Below, one piece after another: positions 31,011 through 42,777 of a DNA stretch of 64,000 nt. Location: the NCBI GenBank assembly GCA_041937175.2, contig CP166615.1, positions 3,648,001-3,712,000 on the forward strand, read 5' to 3'. How positions within the stretch are numbered: the stretch's first letter is position 1; every line of letters begins with the position of its first letter. Under the pieces are notes generated by a model that ran no database searches, was not told the DNA's origin, and saw nothing but the letters and a program-made list of their open reading frames with translations. Origin of the DNA: Limnothrix sp. BL-A-16 (lineage in GTDB: Bacteria > Cyanobacteriota > Cyanobacteriia > CACIAM-69d). The position numbers and the translations under genes were made by a program.

Positions 31011-31133
31011 CTCGCTAATTCGTAGTCACTGGATTAATAATCATTTGATTAATGGTCACCTGATTAGCGGTCATTTGATTGTGATTGAATCAATTCTTTT
31101 GCCAGCGCGCTCACTAGCGTTGCAACCGACCCC

Positions 31134-32291
31134 ATGCCCAAAAAAACTCCCCTTTCCTGGCTATTATTGGTGCGCCAGAAAAGTCGCCTCATTGTAGCCA
31201 CCGCTGGCATTGCCTTTGCTGATATTTTGATGTTCATGCAGTTGGGGTTCCAAAGTGGCCTGTACGACGCAGCCATCAAGCCTCACCGTAACCTTGACGC
31301 GGATTTAATCCTGATTAATCCTCAGTTTCGGACACTGTTTTCGGTCAAAAGCTTCCAACGCGAACGGCTCTATCAGGCTCGAGCATTGCCCGACGTGAAA
31401 GAGGTCAGTTCCATTTACATCAACACCGGTCAATGGCGTAATCCAGAAACCCGTGAAAGTCGCGCCATTTTGGTTTGGGGCGTGGAACCTGGAAAGCCCA
31501 GTTTCAAGCTGCCGGAAGTGGAACAGCAACTCACCGAAATTACCCTGCTGAAAACAGTTTTATTTGATCAGGCGGGACGACCAGAATATGGCACGGTGGC
31601 CGATTGGTTAGCCCGATCGCCCCAGGGCTTAGAAGTGGAGTTGAGCGATCGGCTCTTGAATGTCAGCGGTACTTTCACCCTGGGGGCATCGTTTGCGGCG
31701 GATGGCAACACGATCGTCAGTGATTCCACCTTTTTGCATTTGTTTCCCGATCGCTCCGCCAGCAACATTGAAGTGGGTTTGATTCAACTGCAACCGGGTA
31801 GCGATCCGGTGGTAATGCAACAAAAACTATCTGCCTTTTTGCCCAAAGATGTGCGAGTTTTGACCGTTGAAGAATTTGCCAACGTTGAAAAGCAATATTG
31901 GGCTGAAGGAACCGGCATTGGTTTCATTTTTGGGCTTGGGGCCATCATGGGCTTCATTGTGGGCATCGTAATTGTTTATCAGATTCTCTATTCTGATGTG
32001 TCCGATCACTTGTCGGAATTTGCCACCATGAAAGCCATGGGCTACAGCAACGTCTTCCTGGTGCGAGTCCTGATCACTGAAGCCTTGATTTTGGCAGTGA
32101 TTGGCTTTTTACCCAGCGTGGTTTTGGCAATGGGTTTATATCAAATCACCTATTCCGCAACCCTTTTGCCAATCTTCATGCAGATCGATCGGGCCATCAC
32201 CGTTTTTGTGTTGACCGTTGCCATGTGCAGCGCCTCCAGTGTGATTGCCATGCAAAAGCTTTATCAAGCGGATCCAGCGGATATTTTCTAA
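31134..32291 (+). CDS. devC: DevC-family ABC permease
   Basis: GIAFADILMFMQLGF, IVYQILYSDV..HL.EFAT.KAMGY, ADPADIF. Confidence 0.92.
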   Translation: MPKKTPLSWLLLVRQKSRLIVATAGIAFADILMFMQLGFQSGLYDAAIKPHRNLDADLILINPQFRTLFSVKSFQRERLYQARALPDVKEVSSIYINTGQWRNPETRESRAILVWGVEPGKPSFKLPEVEQQLTEITLLKTVLFDQAGRPEYGTVADWLARSPQGLEVELSDRLLNVSGTFTLGASFAADGNTIVSDSTFLHLFPDRSASNIEVGLIQLQPGSDPVVMQQKLSAFLPKDVRVLTVEEFANVEKQYWAEGTGIGFIFGLGAIMGFIVGIVIVYQILYSDVSDHLSEFATMKAMGYSNVFLVRVLITEALILAVIGFLPSVVLAMGLYQITYSATLLPIFMQIDRAITVFVLTVAMCSASSVIAMQKLYQADPADIF

Positions 32292-32338
32292 GGATTTTGC
32301 CCACTTTTGGAGAGATCAATCTAGCGGAGGGTTAGGTT

Positions 32339-33079
32339 ATGGATCAGGTCATGGATCAGGTTACGAATCAAGTCCTTGGGCAATCATCTAACCAAGCCGG
32401 TGCCATTACGATTCAGAATTTGAATCACTATTTTGGCAATGGTGATCTCAAAAAACAGGTGCTTTATGACATTAACCTGATCATTCAAGCGGGTGAAATT
32501 GTGCTGCTGACGGGCCCATCCGGCTCTGGAAAAACCACCCTGTTGACCCTGTTGGGAGGGTTACGATCGGCCCATGAAGGAAGCTTGAAAATTCTGAATC
32601 AGGAAATGTGTGGAGCCAGCAAGGAGCAACTCCTAAAAATCCGTTGCAACATTGGCTATATTTTCCAAGCCCATAACTTGTTGAGCTTTTTAACAGCTCG
32701 CCAAAATGTCCGTTTGTCCTTGGAATTGCATGATCATTACACCGATGCAGAGTGCGATCGACTGGTGGATGAAATGTTAACGGCGGTGGGCTTGGGAGAA
32801 CGATTGGACTATTATCCCGAGCAGCTTTCGGGGGGACAAAAACAGCGGGTGGCGATCGCCCGGGCCCTGGTGAGTTCGCCCAAAATTGTGTTGGCCGATG
32901 AGCCAACGGCTGCGCTCGATCGCAAGTCGGGGCGAGATGTGGTGGAAATTTTGCAACGCTTGGCCAAGGAGCGAGATTGCACCATTTTGCTGGTTACTCA
33001 CGATAACCGCATTTTGGATATTGCCGATCGACTGCTGTATATGGAAGATGGGCGATTGGTGAAGGATAAGACGGAGTAG
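32339..33079 (+). CDS. devA: DevA-family ABC ATP-binding protein
   Basis: GPSGSGKTT, LSGGQKQR, LADEPT, VTHDNRI. Confidence 0.92.
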   Translation: MDQVMDQVTNQVLGQSSNQAGAITIQNLNHYFGNGDLKKQVLYDINLIIQAGEIVLLTGPSGSGKTTLLTLLGGLRSAHEGSLKILNQEMCGASKEQLLKIRCNIGYIFQAHNLLSFLTARQNVRLSLELHDHYTDAECDRLVDEMLTAVGLGERLDYYPEQLSGGQKQRVAIARALVSSPKIVLADEPTAALDRKSGRDVVEILQRLAKERDCTILLVTHDNRILDIADRLLYMEDGRLVKDKTE

Positions 33080-33115
33080 ACCGGCAAGGAATTAAACTGG
33101 GCGATCGGGCCCTAA

Positions 33116-33272
33116 GAGGATGTCTGAAAAGTCGAAACTGCTACCTTTTGGCTCCCATTCATCGGCGAGAATAAGGGGCTTAATTAATCGGCGAAAACAA
33201 GGGGCTTAAGCCCCTTGTCCCAACGACTACTAGCGCTTTGTAAGCATCCCAGTTTACTTTTCAGACATCCTC
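33116..33272. mobile_element. MITE (157 bp) with perfect 17-bp TIRs and TAA target duplication
   Basis: GAGGATGTCTGAAAAGT / ACTTTTCAGACATCCTC; TAA at 33113-33115 and 33273-33275; internal CAAGGGGCTTAAGCCCCTTG. Confidence 0.88.
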
Positions 33273-33776
33273 TAAGTTGTGCAAAATTCGATGGAAATCT
33301 GCTGCAATTTGCGCTTGATTTTCAATCGTCAAAATAGGCACATGGATAAACAGAGCCTTGGCTAATTGGCGATGGAGCAACAACCATTGCAAGACTCGGT
33401 AATAGAGCGCATTACAAACAAAATTGCCCGCATCAAAGCTGATTTCAGAACACTGAGTACCCGCCAAAAGTTGCGACAAATTGAAACCCGTTGCCAATCG
33501 ACTGCCTTCTTGGCTGGCTTGGGCTTCTAGGGATAGGTGCGATCGCCCCTCAGCCATGCCACACAACAGAATTTTACGGGGACGATGTTGCTCGATCGCC
33601 CCGATCACCCGCCGAGGAGCCAGATCAAAATCAACGGGTAATTGCCGCAAGCAAATCACCTGCGGGGGTAGCTGCCGTTGTTCGATCAACAAAGCCAGCA
33701 AATCATCGGAGGCATTGGATTTCTGATGGGGCAACCAAGTTTGAAAGGAGGTGATCAGCCATGGAGATTGCGCCAT
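33261..33776 (-). CDS. Pyroglutamyl-peptidase I (C15)-like protein
   Basis: ITSF, SNAS, CGMA, LE, DAGNFVCN, FIHVP. Confidence 0.82.
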   Translation of the reverse strand: MAQSPWLITSFQTWLPHQKSNASDDLLALLIEQRQLPPQVICLRQLPVDFDLAPRRVIGAIEQHRPRKILLCGMAEGRSHLSLEAQASQEGSRLATGFNLSQLLAGTQCSEISFDAGNFVCNALYYRVLQWLLLHRQLAKALFIHVPILTIENQAQIAADFHRILHNLEDV

Positions 33777-33906
33777 TTCAAACCTATAATTTCAGTGGTT
33801 TCGATCGTTTGAATGATTTTGATAATTACGATCGCTTTTGATCGCCCATCATTCAATTTCAGTTTTAGTCAACACAATTGCAGCAATTGCAGGGGTTTGG
33901 TGTCCT

Positions 33907-34563
33907 ATGACAACGATTGCCGTGGTCGATTACGACATGGGCAACTTGCATTCCGCCTGCAAGGGGCTAACCCAGGCGGGAGTTGAGCCGATCGTGACTG
34001 ACTCGGCAACGGTGATCGATCGCGCCGATGCGATCGTCCTGCCGGGAGTTGGGTCTTTTGATCCGGCGGTGCAGCAACTGCGTGCTCGGGGATTGGAAGC
34101 GCCCATTCGCCAGGCGATCGCCCAAGGGAAACCCTTTTTGGGCATCTGTTTGGGTCTACAAATGCTCTTTGAAACCAGCAGCGAGGGCCGGGAACCGGGC
34201 CTGGGCATCGTGCCCGGCTCCGTGCGGGCATTCCAACCAGAACCGGGAATTACTATTCCCCATATGGGCTGGAATCAGTTGACCCTCACCCAACCCACAT
34301 CCCTGCTGTGGCAAGGGCTGGAGCCGTTGCCCTGGGCCTATTTTGTCCATTCCTACTATGTGGATCCGGCGGATCCAGGGGCGATCGCCGCCACCACCAC
34401 CCACGGCAGCCAAACGGTGACAGCAGCCATTCACTGCGAAGCGCTCGGCTCCGGTCGGCCCAATGTGATGGCGGTGCAGTTCCACCCGGAAAAGTCAGCG
34501 GCGGCGGGTCTGCGGATTTTGGCGAATTTTGCCACCACCGTTCGATCGAGGGTTCCCTGCTAG
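33907..34563 (+). CDS. hisH: Imidazole glycerol phosphate synthase glutaminase subunit
   Basis: DYDMGNL, LPGVG.F, GICLGLQ, PHMGWN, YFVHSY, QFHPEKS. Confidence 0.96.
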   Translation: MTTIAVVDYDMGNLHSACKGLTQAGVEPIVTDSATVIDRADAIVLPGVGSFDPAVQQLRARGLEAPIRQAIAQGKPFLGICLGLQMLFETSSEGREPGLGIVPGSVRAFQPEPGITIPHMGWNQLTLTQPTSLLWQGLEPLPWAYFVHSYYVDPADPGAIAATTTHGSQTVTAAIHCEALGSGRPNVMAVQFHPEKSAAAGLRILANFATTVRSRVPC

Positions 34564-34598
34564 GGCGGTTTGGTCAGTTAGTTCGCAAGATGAGTGCA

Positions 34599-35639
34599 TT
34601 AAAGCTGAACGGAGCGTAGGTGCGATCGGGGATCGGCCGATCGCGCGGCCCGCACCTGTTCATAGGCGGCCCGCTCGGCCGCCGTGGGCGAACTGGGCAA
34701 GGTCACCGCCACCCGCACTAACAGATCCCCCCGCTTGCCGCTGGGTTCAACCCAACCCTTACCCCGCAGCCGCAGGGTTTGACCCGACTTAATGCCCGCT
34801 GGCACATTCATGGTCACCAACCCATCGGGGGTGGGCACGTCGGCCTTGGTTCCCAACACCGCCTCATCGGGGGCGATCGGGATTTCGCAAACCAAGGTCT
34901 CGCCGTCAAACTGGAAAAAGCTGTGGCTATTGAGACTGACCTTCAGGTACAGATCTCCCCGTTGACGGCTGTAGGGGTCGTATTGCCCCTTGCCTTTGAG
35001 GCGAATTTTGCTGCCCGGCTTGGCCCCGGGAGGAATGCGCACGGTAATGGTTTCGGCTCCCAGGCTCAGGCGCTTTTGCGTGCCGTTAAAGGCTTCCGCA
35101 AAGGACAGGGCCAAGGTGGCTTCCCGATCGCCCGCGGCCGATTGGGGGCCAAAGCCGCCCACATCCCCAAAGCCAGAGAAGCCGCCGCCAAAATTGCTGT
35201 TGTTGTAATTGCCGCTGTAGTTGCTGCCCGTGCCGCTGCGATAGTTGTAGCTGCTCGATCGCGTTCCGGCGGCCCCTGAGCCCCCAAATCGTCCCAGCAG
35301 CTCATTAATAAATTCATCAAAGCTGCCGTAGCGGCCAAATTCAAAATCATCAAACCCGGCTCCCCCGGCCCCGGTTCCTCCCCAGGCTTGGCCGGCGCGA
35401 TCGGCCTGCTGCCAATATTGACCAAAGCGATCGTACTTTTGGCGCTTGTCCGCATCGGACAGGACTTCATAGGCCTCGTTCACTTCCTTGAACCGCGCCT
35501 CCGCCTGTTTGTCGCCCGGGTTCAAGTCCGGGTGGTATTTGCGCGCCAACCGTCGATAGGTTTTCTTGATTTCCTCGGCACTGGCGGTTTTGGTCAGACC
35601 CAGCACCGCATAGTAATCCTTAAAATCTGTCGCGGCCAT
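34599..35639 (-). CDS. DnaJ class II / CbpA-like co-chaperone
   Basis: J domain (KYHPD), G/F-rich linker, DnaJ C-terminal domain, no zinc finger. Confidence 0.92.
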   Translation of the reverse strand: MAATDFKDYYAVLGLTKTASAEEIKKTYRRLARKYHPDLNPGDKQAEARFKEVNEAYEVLSDADKRQKYDRFGQYWQQADRAGQAWGGTGAGGAGFDDFEFGRYGSFDEFINELLGRFGGSGAAGTRSSSYNYRSGTGSNYSGNYNNSNFGGGFSGFGDVGGFGPQSAAGDREATLALSFAEAFNGTQKRLSLGAETITVRIPPGAKPGSKIRLKGKGQYDPYSRQRGDLYLKVSLNSHSFFQFDGETLVCEIPIAPDEAVLGTKADVPTPDGLVTMNVPAGIKSGQTLRLRGKGWVEPSGKRGDLLVRVAVTLPSSPTAAERAAYEQVRAARSADPRSHLRSVQL

Positions 35640-35898
35640 GCGCTACCACCTTAATTTTGCTGCGATCGATCGGGATGGGTTTAGCCTAACGAAGTCTAGC
35701 GTTGGCTGGAGATCGGGTGAGATCGCGCTGATTGGTGCAATTCCCGAACCTACCCCGATTTTTGCCGCCGATTGGATCCTGATCCTCAACCACTCCCAGC
35801 CCCTCTCCGGCCATGGGCAAGGGGCTAGGGCAAACCAAAGTTGATCAACTTTTGATCAGCGGTTGATCAGCAGTTGATCAACACCTGAGGGGTAGAAC

Positions 35899-36957
35899 TT
35901 AGGGATAGAACGCCAACTGGGGCAACCCGATCGTTTCATCCAAGCCCAACATCAGGTTCATGCACTGCACCGCCTGACCCGATTGGCCCTTCATCAGGTT
36001 ATCGATCGCCGACAACACAATCACCCGATCGGTGCGTGGATCAACCTCCACGCCCAAGTAGCAAAGGTTTGTTCCTAGGGCCCACTTGGTTTGGGGATAG
36101 ACCCCACTGGGCAACACCTTCACCCAAGGGCTGTTGCGATAGAAGGCGTTGTAGATGGTCAGCAGGTCTTCGCGCACCAGGCCCGGATCGCGGAGGGTGG
36201 CATAGACGGTGGACAAAATGCCGCGCGGCATCGGCACCAGGTGAGGCGTGAACTGAATTCGCACTTCATGGCCCGCCAAATCCGTGCAAATTTGTTCAAT
36301 TTCCGGCGTGTGGCGATGGCGACCGACCCCATAGGCAGAAAAGGAACCGCCCGCTTCCGCCAACAGCATGTTGGTTTTGGCCTGGCGACCGCCGCCGGAC
36401 GTGCCGGACTTGGCATCAATGATCGCCGTTTCCGGAATGATAATCCCCTGCTTCAAAAGGGGCAGCAGGGCCAACAGGCTGGCCGTGGGATAGCAGCCGG
36501 GACAACCAATTAGGTTCGCCTCCGCGATCGCCTCACGATTCAGTTCCGGCAGCCCGTAGACCGCCATGGCCGCCACTTCCTGATCGCTGCGACTTTTGCC
36601 ATACCAGTCTTCATAGGTGTTTAGATCCCGGAACCGGTAATCCGCCGACAGATCCAGCACCTTGCAGCCCCGATCGACCAGTTGAGGAGCCAAGTCACAG
36701 GCAATCCCGTTGGGCAACCCCAAAAACACCACCCGACAGCGCCGGGCAATCTCATCCAGGTCGATCGACTCCACCTTCAGGGAAATGCGGTGGGCCAGGT
36801 GAGGATAAACTTGCCCATAGCTTTGGCCGGCACTGCTTTCGCCGCCCAAATAGGTCAGTTCCACATGGGGATGATCTAACAGAATTCTGACCAGTTGCAC
36901 GCCGCCGTAGCCCGATGCGCCAACGATGCCAACTGGAATCTTGTCTGTATTACTCAT
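35899..36957 (-). CDS. argC: N-acetyl-gamma-glutamyl-phosphate reductase
   Basis: GASGYGG, DLSADYR, PGCYPT, SGTSGGG, HRHTPE, IDNL.KG. Confidence 0.96.
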   Translation of the reverse strand: MSNTDKIPVGIVGASGYGGVQLVRILLDHPHVELTYLGGESSAGQSYGQVYPHLAHRISLKVESIDLDEIARRCRVVFLGLPNGIACDLAPQLVDRGCKVLDLSADYRFRDLNTYEDWYGKSRSDQEVAAMAVYGLPELNREAIAEANLIGCPGCYPTASLLALLPLLKQGIIIPETAIIDAKSGTSGGGRQAKTNMLLAEAGGSFSAYGVGRHRHTPEIEQICTDLAGHEVRIQFTPHLVPMPRGILSTVYATLRDPGLVREDLLTIYNAFYRNSPWVKVLPSGVYPQTKWALGTNLCYLGVEVDPRTDRVIVLSAIDNLMKGQSGQAVQCMNLMLGLDETIGLPQLAFYP

Positions 36958-37289
36958 AATCCGGCTTCTGATTCCCTTTGCTTGTGTGGGTGCCTGTGTC
37001 TGTGGACGGGCGCGGTGCTGCTGGGTGCGGGCCAGCCGGCGGGTGCGCGCGGCTTGTTGCCATGCATTCTAGTACCGTTTGCCGGTGTTCCTGCGTTCGG
37101 CCGTAGGGGGTCTCACCCCTAGTGAATCCAGGGCGATCGCACAGGATCAGAAAAGCCGCAATTGGCCGCCGGGTGAAACTGCTACAGGAGATACAATAGG
37201 AACCATAAGTTAAGAACTGTAACTGTTTATTAGCGTCCGTACCGGCCTCTGGCTGACGGGCGCGCCGTTCGCCTTTGGTTGCTGCCGCA

Positions 37290-38975
37290 ATGACCCACCA
37301 CACTGTCCCCCAGTCTGTTCCCGCGTTTGTGTTTGACACGATTCCCGCCATCCTGGCAGACCTGAAGGCCGGGCGGCCCGTGGTGATTGTGGATGACGAA
37401 AACCGCGAAAACGAAGGGGACATCATCTACGCCGCCGAAAAGGTGACGGCGGATGCGGTGAACTTCATGGCCACGGAAGCGCGGGGGCTAATTTGTTTGG
37501 CCATGACGGGCGATCGGCTCGATGCGTTGGAGTTGCCCCTGATGGTGACCAACAACACGGACAGCAACCAAACGGCCTTCACCGTCAGCATCGATGCCTC
37601 GCCGGCCTTGGGAGTGAGCACGGGCATTTCTGCGGAAGACCGCGCCAAAACGATCCAAGTGGCGATCGACCCACGAACCCGGCCGGAAGATCTGCGGCGA
37701 CCGGGGCATATTTTCCCCCTGCGATCGCGCGAAGGGGGGGTGCTGAAGCGGGCGGGGCACACGGAGGCGGCCGTGGACTTGGCTCGCCTGGCGGGGCTTT
37801 ATCCAGCGGGCGTGATTTGCGAAATTCAAAACCCCGACGGTTCCATGGCCCGATTGCCGCAACTGATTGACTATGCCCAGCGCTACGACCTGAAAATCGC
37901 CACGATCGCGGACTTAATTAGCTATCGGCTGCAACATGAGCGATTTGTGATTCGGGAAACGGTCACCAAACTGCCCACGGAGTTTGGCCTGTTTGAGATC
38001 TATGGCTATCGCAACGAAATTGACGGTTCCGACCATGTGGCGATCGTCAAGGGCGACCCGGCCAGCTTCCACGATCGCCCGGTGTTGGTGCGGGTGCATT
38101 CGGAATGTCTGACGGGGGATGCCCTGGGATCCTTGCGCTGTGACTGTCGATCGCAACTGATCGCGGCCCTGAAAATGATTGAGCAGGCCGATGAAGGGGT
38201 GGTGGTTTATTTGCGCCAGGAAGGTCGCGGCATTGGCCTGATTAATAAGCTCAAGGCCTATTCCTTGCAAGATTTGGGCTTTGACACGGTGGAAGCCAAC
38301 GAAAAGCTCGGTTTCCCAGCGGATTTGCGCGATTACGGCGTGGGCGCACAAATTTTGAACGATTTGGGCATTAGCCAAGTGCGGCTGATTACCAATAACC
38401 CGCGCAAAATTGCCGGTGTTCGTGGATATGGGCTGGAAGTGGTCGATCGCGTGCCCTTGTTAATTGAGTCCAACTCCTTCAACACGCGCTATCTGACCAC
38501 CAAGGCGGCCAAGCTGGGGCATCTGCTGCTGCAAACCTATCTGGTGACGCTCGCCCTCCATTGGACTGATCACCCCACCACCAGCGAAGCCTACGAGCGG
38601 TTGGCCCAGTTGCGACAATTGGTGAGCGATCGGGATTTGCGATTGCGGGAAGAGGCTCGGCCGGTGGCGGTGGCCCTGTTTGGCAATCCGGCGCTGATTG
38701 TGCATTTGGGCTTTGACCAATCCAATTTGGCCATGGCCGGTTGGTATCGCGAGCCGGGCCATCCTTACCTGGAGGCGATCGCCCAACTCTTAGATCAAGT
38801 GGCGGACTGGCAAGCGGTGCAGCGGCTGGAATTTTTGGTCAGTGAAGGGGGTGACCCCATGGCCGGGCTACAGGTGAAGCTCGATCGCCTGACCTACAAG
38901 CTGTCGAGCGGGCATCGACCGTCAACCATTTGCCAAGATGTGGAAAGCCAGCAGATTTATAGCTTCCTGCGCTAG
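37290..38975 (+). CDS. ribBA: Bifunctional DHBP synthase / GTP cyclohydrolase II
   Basis: [47 protein letters not shown]. Confidence 0.96.
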   Translation: MTHHTVPQSVPAFVFDTIPAILADLKAGRPVVIVDDENRENEGDIIYAAEKVTADAVNFMATEARGLICLAMTGDRLDALELPLMVTNNTDSNQTAFTVSIDASPALGVSTGISAEDRAKTIQVAIDPRTRPEDLRRPGHIFPLRSREGGVLKRAGHTEAAVDLARLAGLYPAGVICEIQNPDGSMARLPQLIDYAQRYDLKIATIADLISYRLQHERFVIRETVTKLPTEFGLFEIYGYRNEIDGSDHVAIVKGDPASFHDRPVLVRVHSECLTGDALGSLRCDCRSQLIAALKMIEQADEGVVVYLRQEGRGIGLINKLKAYSLQDLGFDTVEANEKLGFPADLRDYGVGAQILNDLGISQVRLITNNPRKIAGVRGYGLEVVDRVPLLIESNSFNTRYLTTKAAKLGHLLLQTYLVTLALHWTDHPTTSEAYERLAQLRQLVSDRDLRLREEARPVAVALFGNPALIVHLGFDQSNLAMAGWYREPGHPYLEAIAQLLDQVADWQAVQRLEFLVSEGGDPMAGLQVKLDRLTYKLSSGHRPSTICQDVESQQIYSFLR

Positions 38976-39115
38976 CGGCCTGCGTTAGGGCTGTCGGGGC
39001 GATCGTCCTGCGCTAAAGTGCCTTTGTTGCGAACTGCGGGCCGCCGATCGGGAAACGTCCCCTAGCCAGCGGTTCCCCGGCGGTTTGGCAACGGTTTTTC
39101 AGGGCAGGACAGCGC

Positions 39116-40933
39116 GTGCAACAGGAACCGGGCCATCAACCCCCTCAGGCCATTCAGGCATTTTGGGCACAAGTTTGGATCGTTCTTTTCCAGCCGATCG
39201 CCCATGGGCGCGATCGACGGCTCTGGTTTTGGGGCGGCCTCTGCGGAGCCGTAGCCCTGGCCTATGGCGGGTTGGCCTTGCAACAGGCCCTGGCGGGCCC
39301 CTACGTGATCCAAGATGATGCCCGCCAGCATGTGTTTTGGATGCGACGCTTTTGGGATCCAGCGGCCTTTCCCCAAGATCTAATTGCCGACTATTTCCAG
39401 TCCGTGGCCCCGGCGGGCTACCAATGGCTCTATGGCTTGGCGGCCAAGCTGGGGCTAGATCCCTTGCTGTTTAACAAATTTGTGCCCCTGGGGTTAAGTC
39501 TGCTGGCGGCGGTGGGGGCCTATGGCTTGGCGGTGACCCTCTGGCCGATTCCGTTGGCGGCGGGGTTGAGCGGGCTGCTGGCGGTGCAGGCCCTCTGGCT
39601 GCGGGATGATTTGGTTTCCGGTACGCCCGCGGCCTTTGCCGGGCCCCTGTTGCTGTGGGGGTTGTGGGCGATCGCCCGGCGGTGGTTGGGGCTAACGGTG
39701 GGGGCGATCGGGCTGTTGGCCCTGTTTTATCCGCAAGTGGCCCTGGTGTTGGGCGGCGCGTTAGGCCTGCAATTGCTGCGATCGGGGCGATCGGTTGCTT
39801 GGCGCTGGCGGGCGGCCTGGGAACGCCCGGAGGTGCGGGTGGCCTTGGCAGGCTTGGGGGCGCTGGTGGTGACCATGGTTCCCTACCTGTTGCGCGATTC
39901 TCCCTTTGGGCCGGTGCTGTCCGTGGACGTGGCGCGATCGATGCCCACCTTGGCCGATAAGGGTTGGTCTGCCTTTTTCACGCGGGATCCTTGGAACTAT
40001 TGGGCCTGCGGCCAACGCAGTGGCTTTTTGCCCACCGAATGGTGTCGGATCATGGCCTTCCATTCGGTGCTGGTGTTGCCGTTGGCCGTTTGGTTTGGCC
40101 TGTTGTGGCCCCTGCTGTGGTGGCAGCGCGATCGCTTCCCCCTGGTACGATCGGCCCAAGGAGCCTTGCCCCTGTTGGGCGATCTGTTGCTGTCCTCCGC
40201 GATCGGGTTCGGGGCGGCCCATGGGTTGCTGTTTAAATTGCACCTGCCCAACCGGTATGGGGAACATTCGGTGCGGCTGGTGGCGGCGCTGGTGGCGGGT
40301 TTGGCGATCGCGGCGGTGCTGGAGCGGGCGGTGCAATGGCTGCGGCGGGGCGGATCCCGAGCGATCGGGGCTGGGCTGGGGGCGGGCCTGTTGGTGTTGT
40401 GGTTTGTGGCCTATCCAGCGGCCCTGAAGGCGCAAAATTACGCCTTTCCGGTCACTAACTATGTGCCGGGCAATGCTCCGGGGCTTTACGCGTTTTTGCA
40501 ACAACAACCGCGTGATACCTTGGTCGCGTCCTTAGCTCGCGAGGGGGATAACTTACCCGCCTTCGCAGGGCGATCGATCTACGTGGGCGGCCAAGGCTAT
40601 CTGCTGCCCTATCACTTGGGGTTTTATCAAGAACTGGTGCGGCGACTCGATCGACTCGTGAGCGCCCAATTTGCCCCCAGTTGGGCCCCCATTCGCCGGT
40701 TTTTGGCGGAAACGGGCGTGGATTTTTGGTTAGTGGAGCGATCGAGCTTTCAGCGGGATTTTTTGGATAGTCGTCGGTTTCGCCAATTCAACATTGGTGC
40801 AGCCCCATTGGCCCAGCTCGATCGAGGCGAACAACCGGTTTTACCCAGCGCGATCGACCGTTGCGCCCAATGGCAAGCGGGCGATTTAGCGCTATTGGAG
40901 GCGAAATGCTTAATGGCTGGCTCCGCGCCCTAG
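39116..40933 (+). CDS. GT-C-like integral membrane glycosyltransferase, paralog 1
   Basis: TM followed by QDDARQH acidic loop, many TM helices, soluble C-terminal domain; start uncertain. Confidence 0.65.
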   Translation: MQQEPGHQPPQAIQAFWAQVWIVLFQPIAHGRDRRLWFWGGLCGAVALAYGGLALQQALAGPYVIQDDARQHVFWMRRFWDPAAFPQDLIADYFQSVAPAGYQWLYGLAAKLGLDPLLFNKFVPLGLSLLAAVGAYGLAVTLWPIPLAAGLSGLLAVQALWLRDDLVSGTPAAFAGPLLLWGLWAIARRWLGLTVGAIGLLALFYPQVALVLGGALGLQLLRSGRSVAWRWRAAWERPEVRVALAGLGALVVTMVPYLLRDSPFGPVLSVDVARSMPTLADKGWSAFFTRDPWNYWACGQRSGFLPTEWCRIMAFHSVLVLPLAVWFGLLWPLLWWQRDRFPLVRSAQGALPLLGDLLLSSAIGFGAAHGLLFKLHLPNRYGEHSVRLVAALVAGLAIAAVLERAVQWLRRGGSRAIGAGLGAGLLVLWFVAYPAALKAQNYAFPVTNYVPGNAPGLYAFLQQQPRDTLVASLAREGDNLPAFAGRSIYVGGQGYLLPYHLGFYQELVRRLDRLVSAQFAPSWAPIRRFLAETGVDFWLVERSSFQRDFLDSRRFRQFNIGAAPLAQLDRGEQPVLPSAIDRCAQWQAGDLALLEAKCLMAGSAP

Positions 40934-42678
40934 ACCCCACCGGCCCCAGAGGCGATCGCGCGGGCCGCTGGGCCTTGGCGCTCAGTTTAGCCGTGGCGAT
41001 CGGCTGTGCCCTGCCCGCCCTCTTTCAGGCCTTCAGCGGCCCCTACGTGGTGCAAGACGATGCTCGCCAACATGTGTTTTGGATGCAACGGTGGCTCCAT
41101 CCCGATCGCTTTCCCAATGACCTGATGGCGGACTATTTCCAATCCGTGGCCCCCTGGGGATATCAAGGTTTATATCGGTTGGGCAGCATCCTCGGCTTGG
41201 ATCCGATGGTTTTCAATAAATTGCTGCCGATCGGCCTAGGAACCCTGACCACGTTTCTGTGTTTTCAAGTGGTTTGGCACCTGTTGCCTGTGCCCTTGGC
41301 AGCCTTCAGCGCTTGCGTCTTTTTAAATCAGAATTTATGGATTGCCGATGATCTGGTTTCCGGTGTACCCGTTGCCTTTATTTATCCCCTCTTTTTCCTA
41401 TTTTTAAAGGGTTGGTTAACCCGATCGCCCTGGCAACTCTTCAGCGCGATCGGACTTTTAGCCGGCTTCTATCCCCATGGCGTTTTATTAGGATCTTCCT
41501 TGATTGGTCTAGATTTAATTGGGCAAATTTGGCTAATTGCTCAGCGATCGCCTTTTCAGGTGCAGTCGCTGCTGAAAACCCTATGGAGTCAGCGTCGATT
41601 AGAACTCAGTTTGCTGATCTTTTCAGGACTGGTTTTATTGCCCTTTCTCGGGAAATCAAGTCAATATGGCCCGGTGCTGACCGCCGCTGAAGCCAAAACC
41701 TTTTGGGCCCAATTTTTCCAGGTAGAACCGGCTTGGGCCTATTGGTTCAAGCATCGACGCACAGGGCTGATTCCAATCGATTGGTGGGAAATTGACTTCG
41801 CCTTTCCGCAAATTATTTTGACGGCACTCTTTCCGATTTTGTGGTGGCAGCGCGATCGGTTTCCCCTGGCCCAAGCCACGCGATCGAGCCTAGTCTTTGT
41901 GCCGCAATTATTAATCGTCTCTGGGGCTTGGTTTACTGTTGCCCATCTTCTACTCTTTCGGTTGCATTTGCCCAACCGCTATTCAGAACATTCCCTACGC
42001 ATCATTGTGGCCATTTTGGGTGCAATCGCCCTGAGTTGGCTGGTGCAAAAGGCTTGGCAATGGGCAAAATCGCGCCCACCCACTGGAAGATTGAGCACCC
42101 CAACAGCCAAGGGATTGGTGCTGTTGATTACCGGTTTATTGTTGATTTATCCCTTCACTTTTCCCGGTTTTCCTGCTACCCAATATGAAATTGGCAACCA
42201 TCCCCAACTCTACGAATTTTTTCAACAACAACCGGTCACCATTCGGATTGCTTCCACCACCCGAGAAACGGATAATTTACCCAGTTTTGCCCAGCGCTCC
42301 ATTGTGGTCGGCCCCGGGTTCACCATGCGCTACCATCGTCGTTATGCCACGGAGCTATTGCGGCGGGCAACGGATTTGATGGTGGGTCAATATACCCCAA
42401 ACCCCGATCGCTTGCGGGAGATTTTGAACCGCTATCAGGTAGATTTTTGGTTGCTCGATCGGGCAGATTTTGACCCCAATCAGCTCCAGAAAATGGGCTG
42501 GGTTCGTTGGTTCCGTGCCAGTCCCCAAGAACCCCTAGCGATCGCCCATCGCCAAGCGATCGAACAATTACGGCGAGGCGAAGTGCCCGTGATGCAAGCG
42601 CTGCTCGATCGTTGTCAGCAATTCACCGATCAATCGTTGGTTGTTCTGAATGGTAATTGCTTAAGATCATCCCTTTAA
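40906..42678 (+). CDS. GT-C-like integral membrane glycosyltransferase, paralog 2
   Basis: Shares QDDARQHVFWM, ADYFQSVAP, LHLPNRY.EHS with the upstream gene. Confidence 0.65.
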   Translation: MLNGWLRALDPTGPRGDRAGRWALALSLAVAIGCALPALFQAFSGPYVVQDDARQHVFWMQRWLHPDRFPNDLMADYFQSVAPWGYQGLYRLGSILGLDPMVFNKLLPIGLGTLTTFLCFQVVWHLLPVPLAAFSACVFLNQNLWIADDLVSGVPVAFIYPLFFLFLKGWLTRSPWQLFSAIGLLAGFYPHGVLLGSSLIGLDLIGQIWLIAQRSPFQVQSLLKTLWSQRRLELSLLIFSGLVLLPFLGKSSQYGPVLTAAEAKTFWAQFFQVEPAWAYWFKHRRTGLIPIDWWEIDFAFPQIILTALFPILWWQRDRFPLAQATRSSLVFVPQLLIVSGAWFTVAHLLLFRLHLPNRYSEHSLRIIVAILGAIALSWLVQKAWQWAKSRPPTGRLSTPTAKGLVLLITGLLLIYPFTFPGFPATQYEIGNHPQLYEFFQQQPVTIRIASTTRETDNLPSFAQRSIVVGPGFTMRYHRRYATELLRRATDLMVGQYTPNPDRLREILNRYQVDFWLLDRADFDPNQLQKMGWVRWFRASPQEPLAIAHRQAIEQLRRGEVPVMQALLDRCQQFTDQSLVVLNGNCLRSSL

Positions 42679-42777
42679 TTCAGTGCATTCAGCCTGCCTA
42701 ATCACGGCTTACCGATCAATCTCATCCATCGATTTGATTCACGCCCTCCATTCAATTTCAGATCAATTTTCATCAAG

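Noticed and set aside
29141..33079. TetR-devBCA as a novel exporter
   Set aside because: Common cyanobacterial arrangement; nothing unusual beyond the 47-bp TetR/devB overlap.
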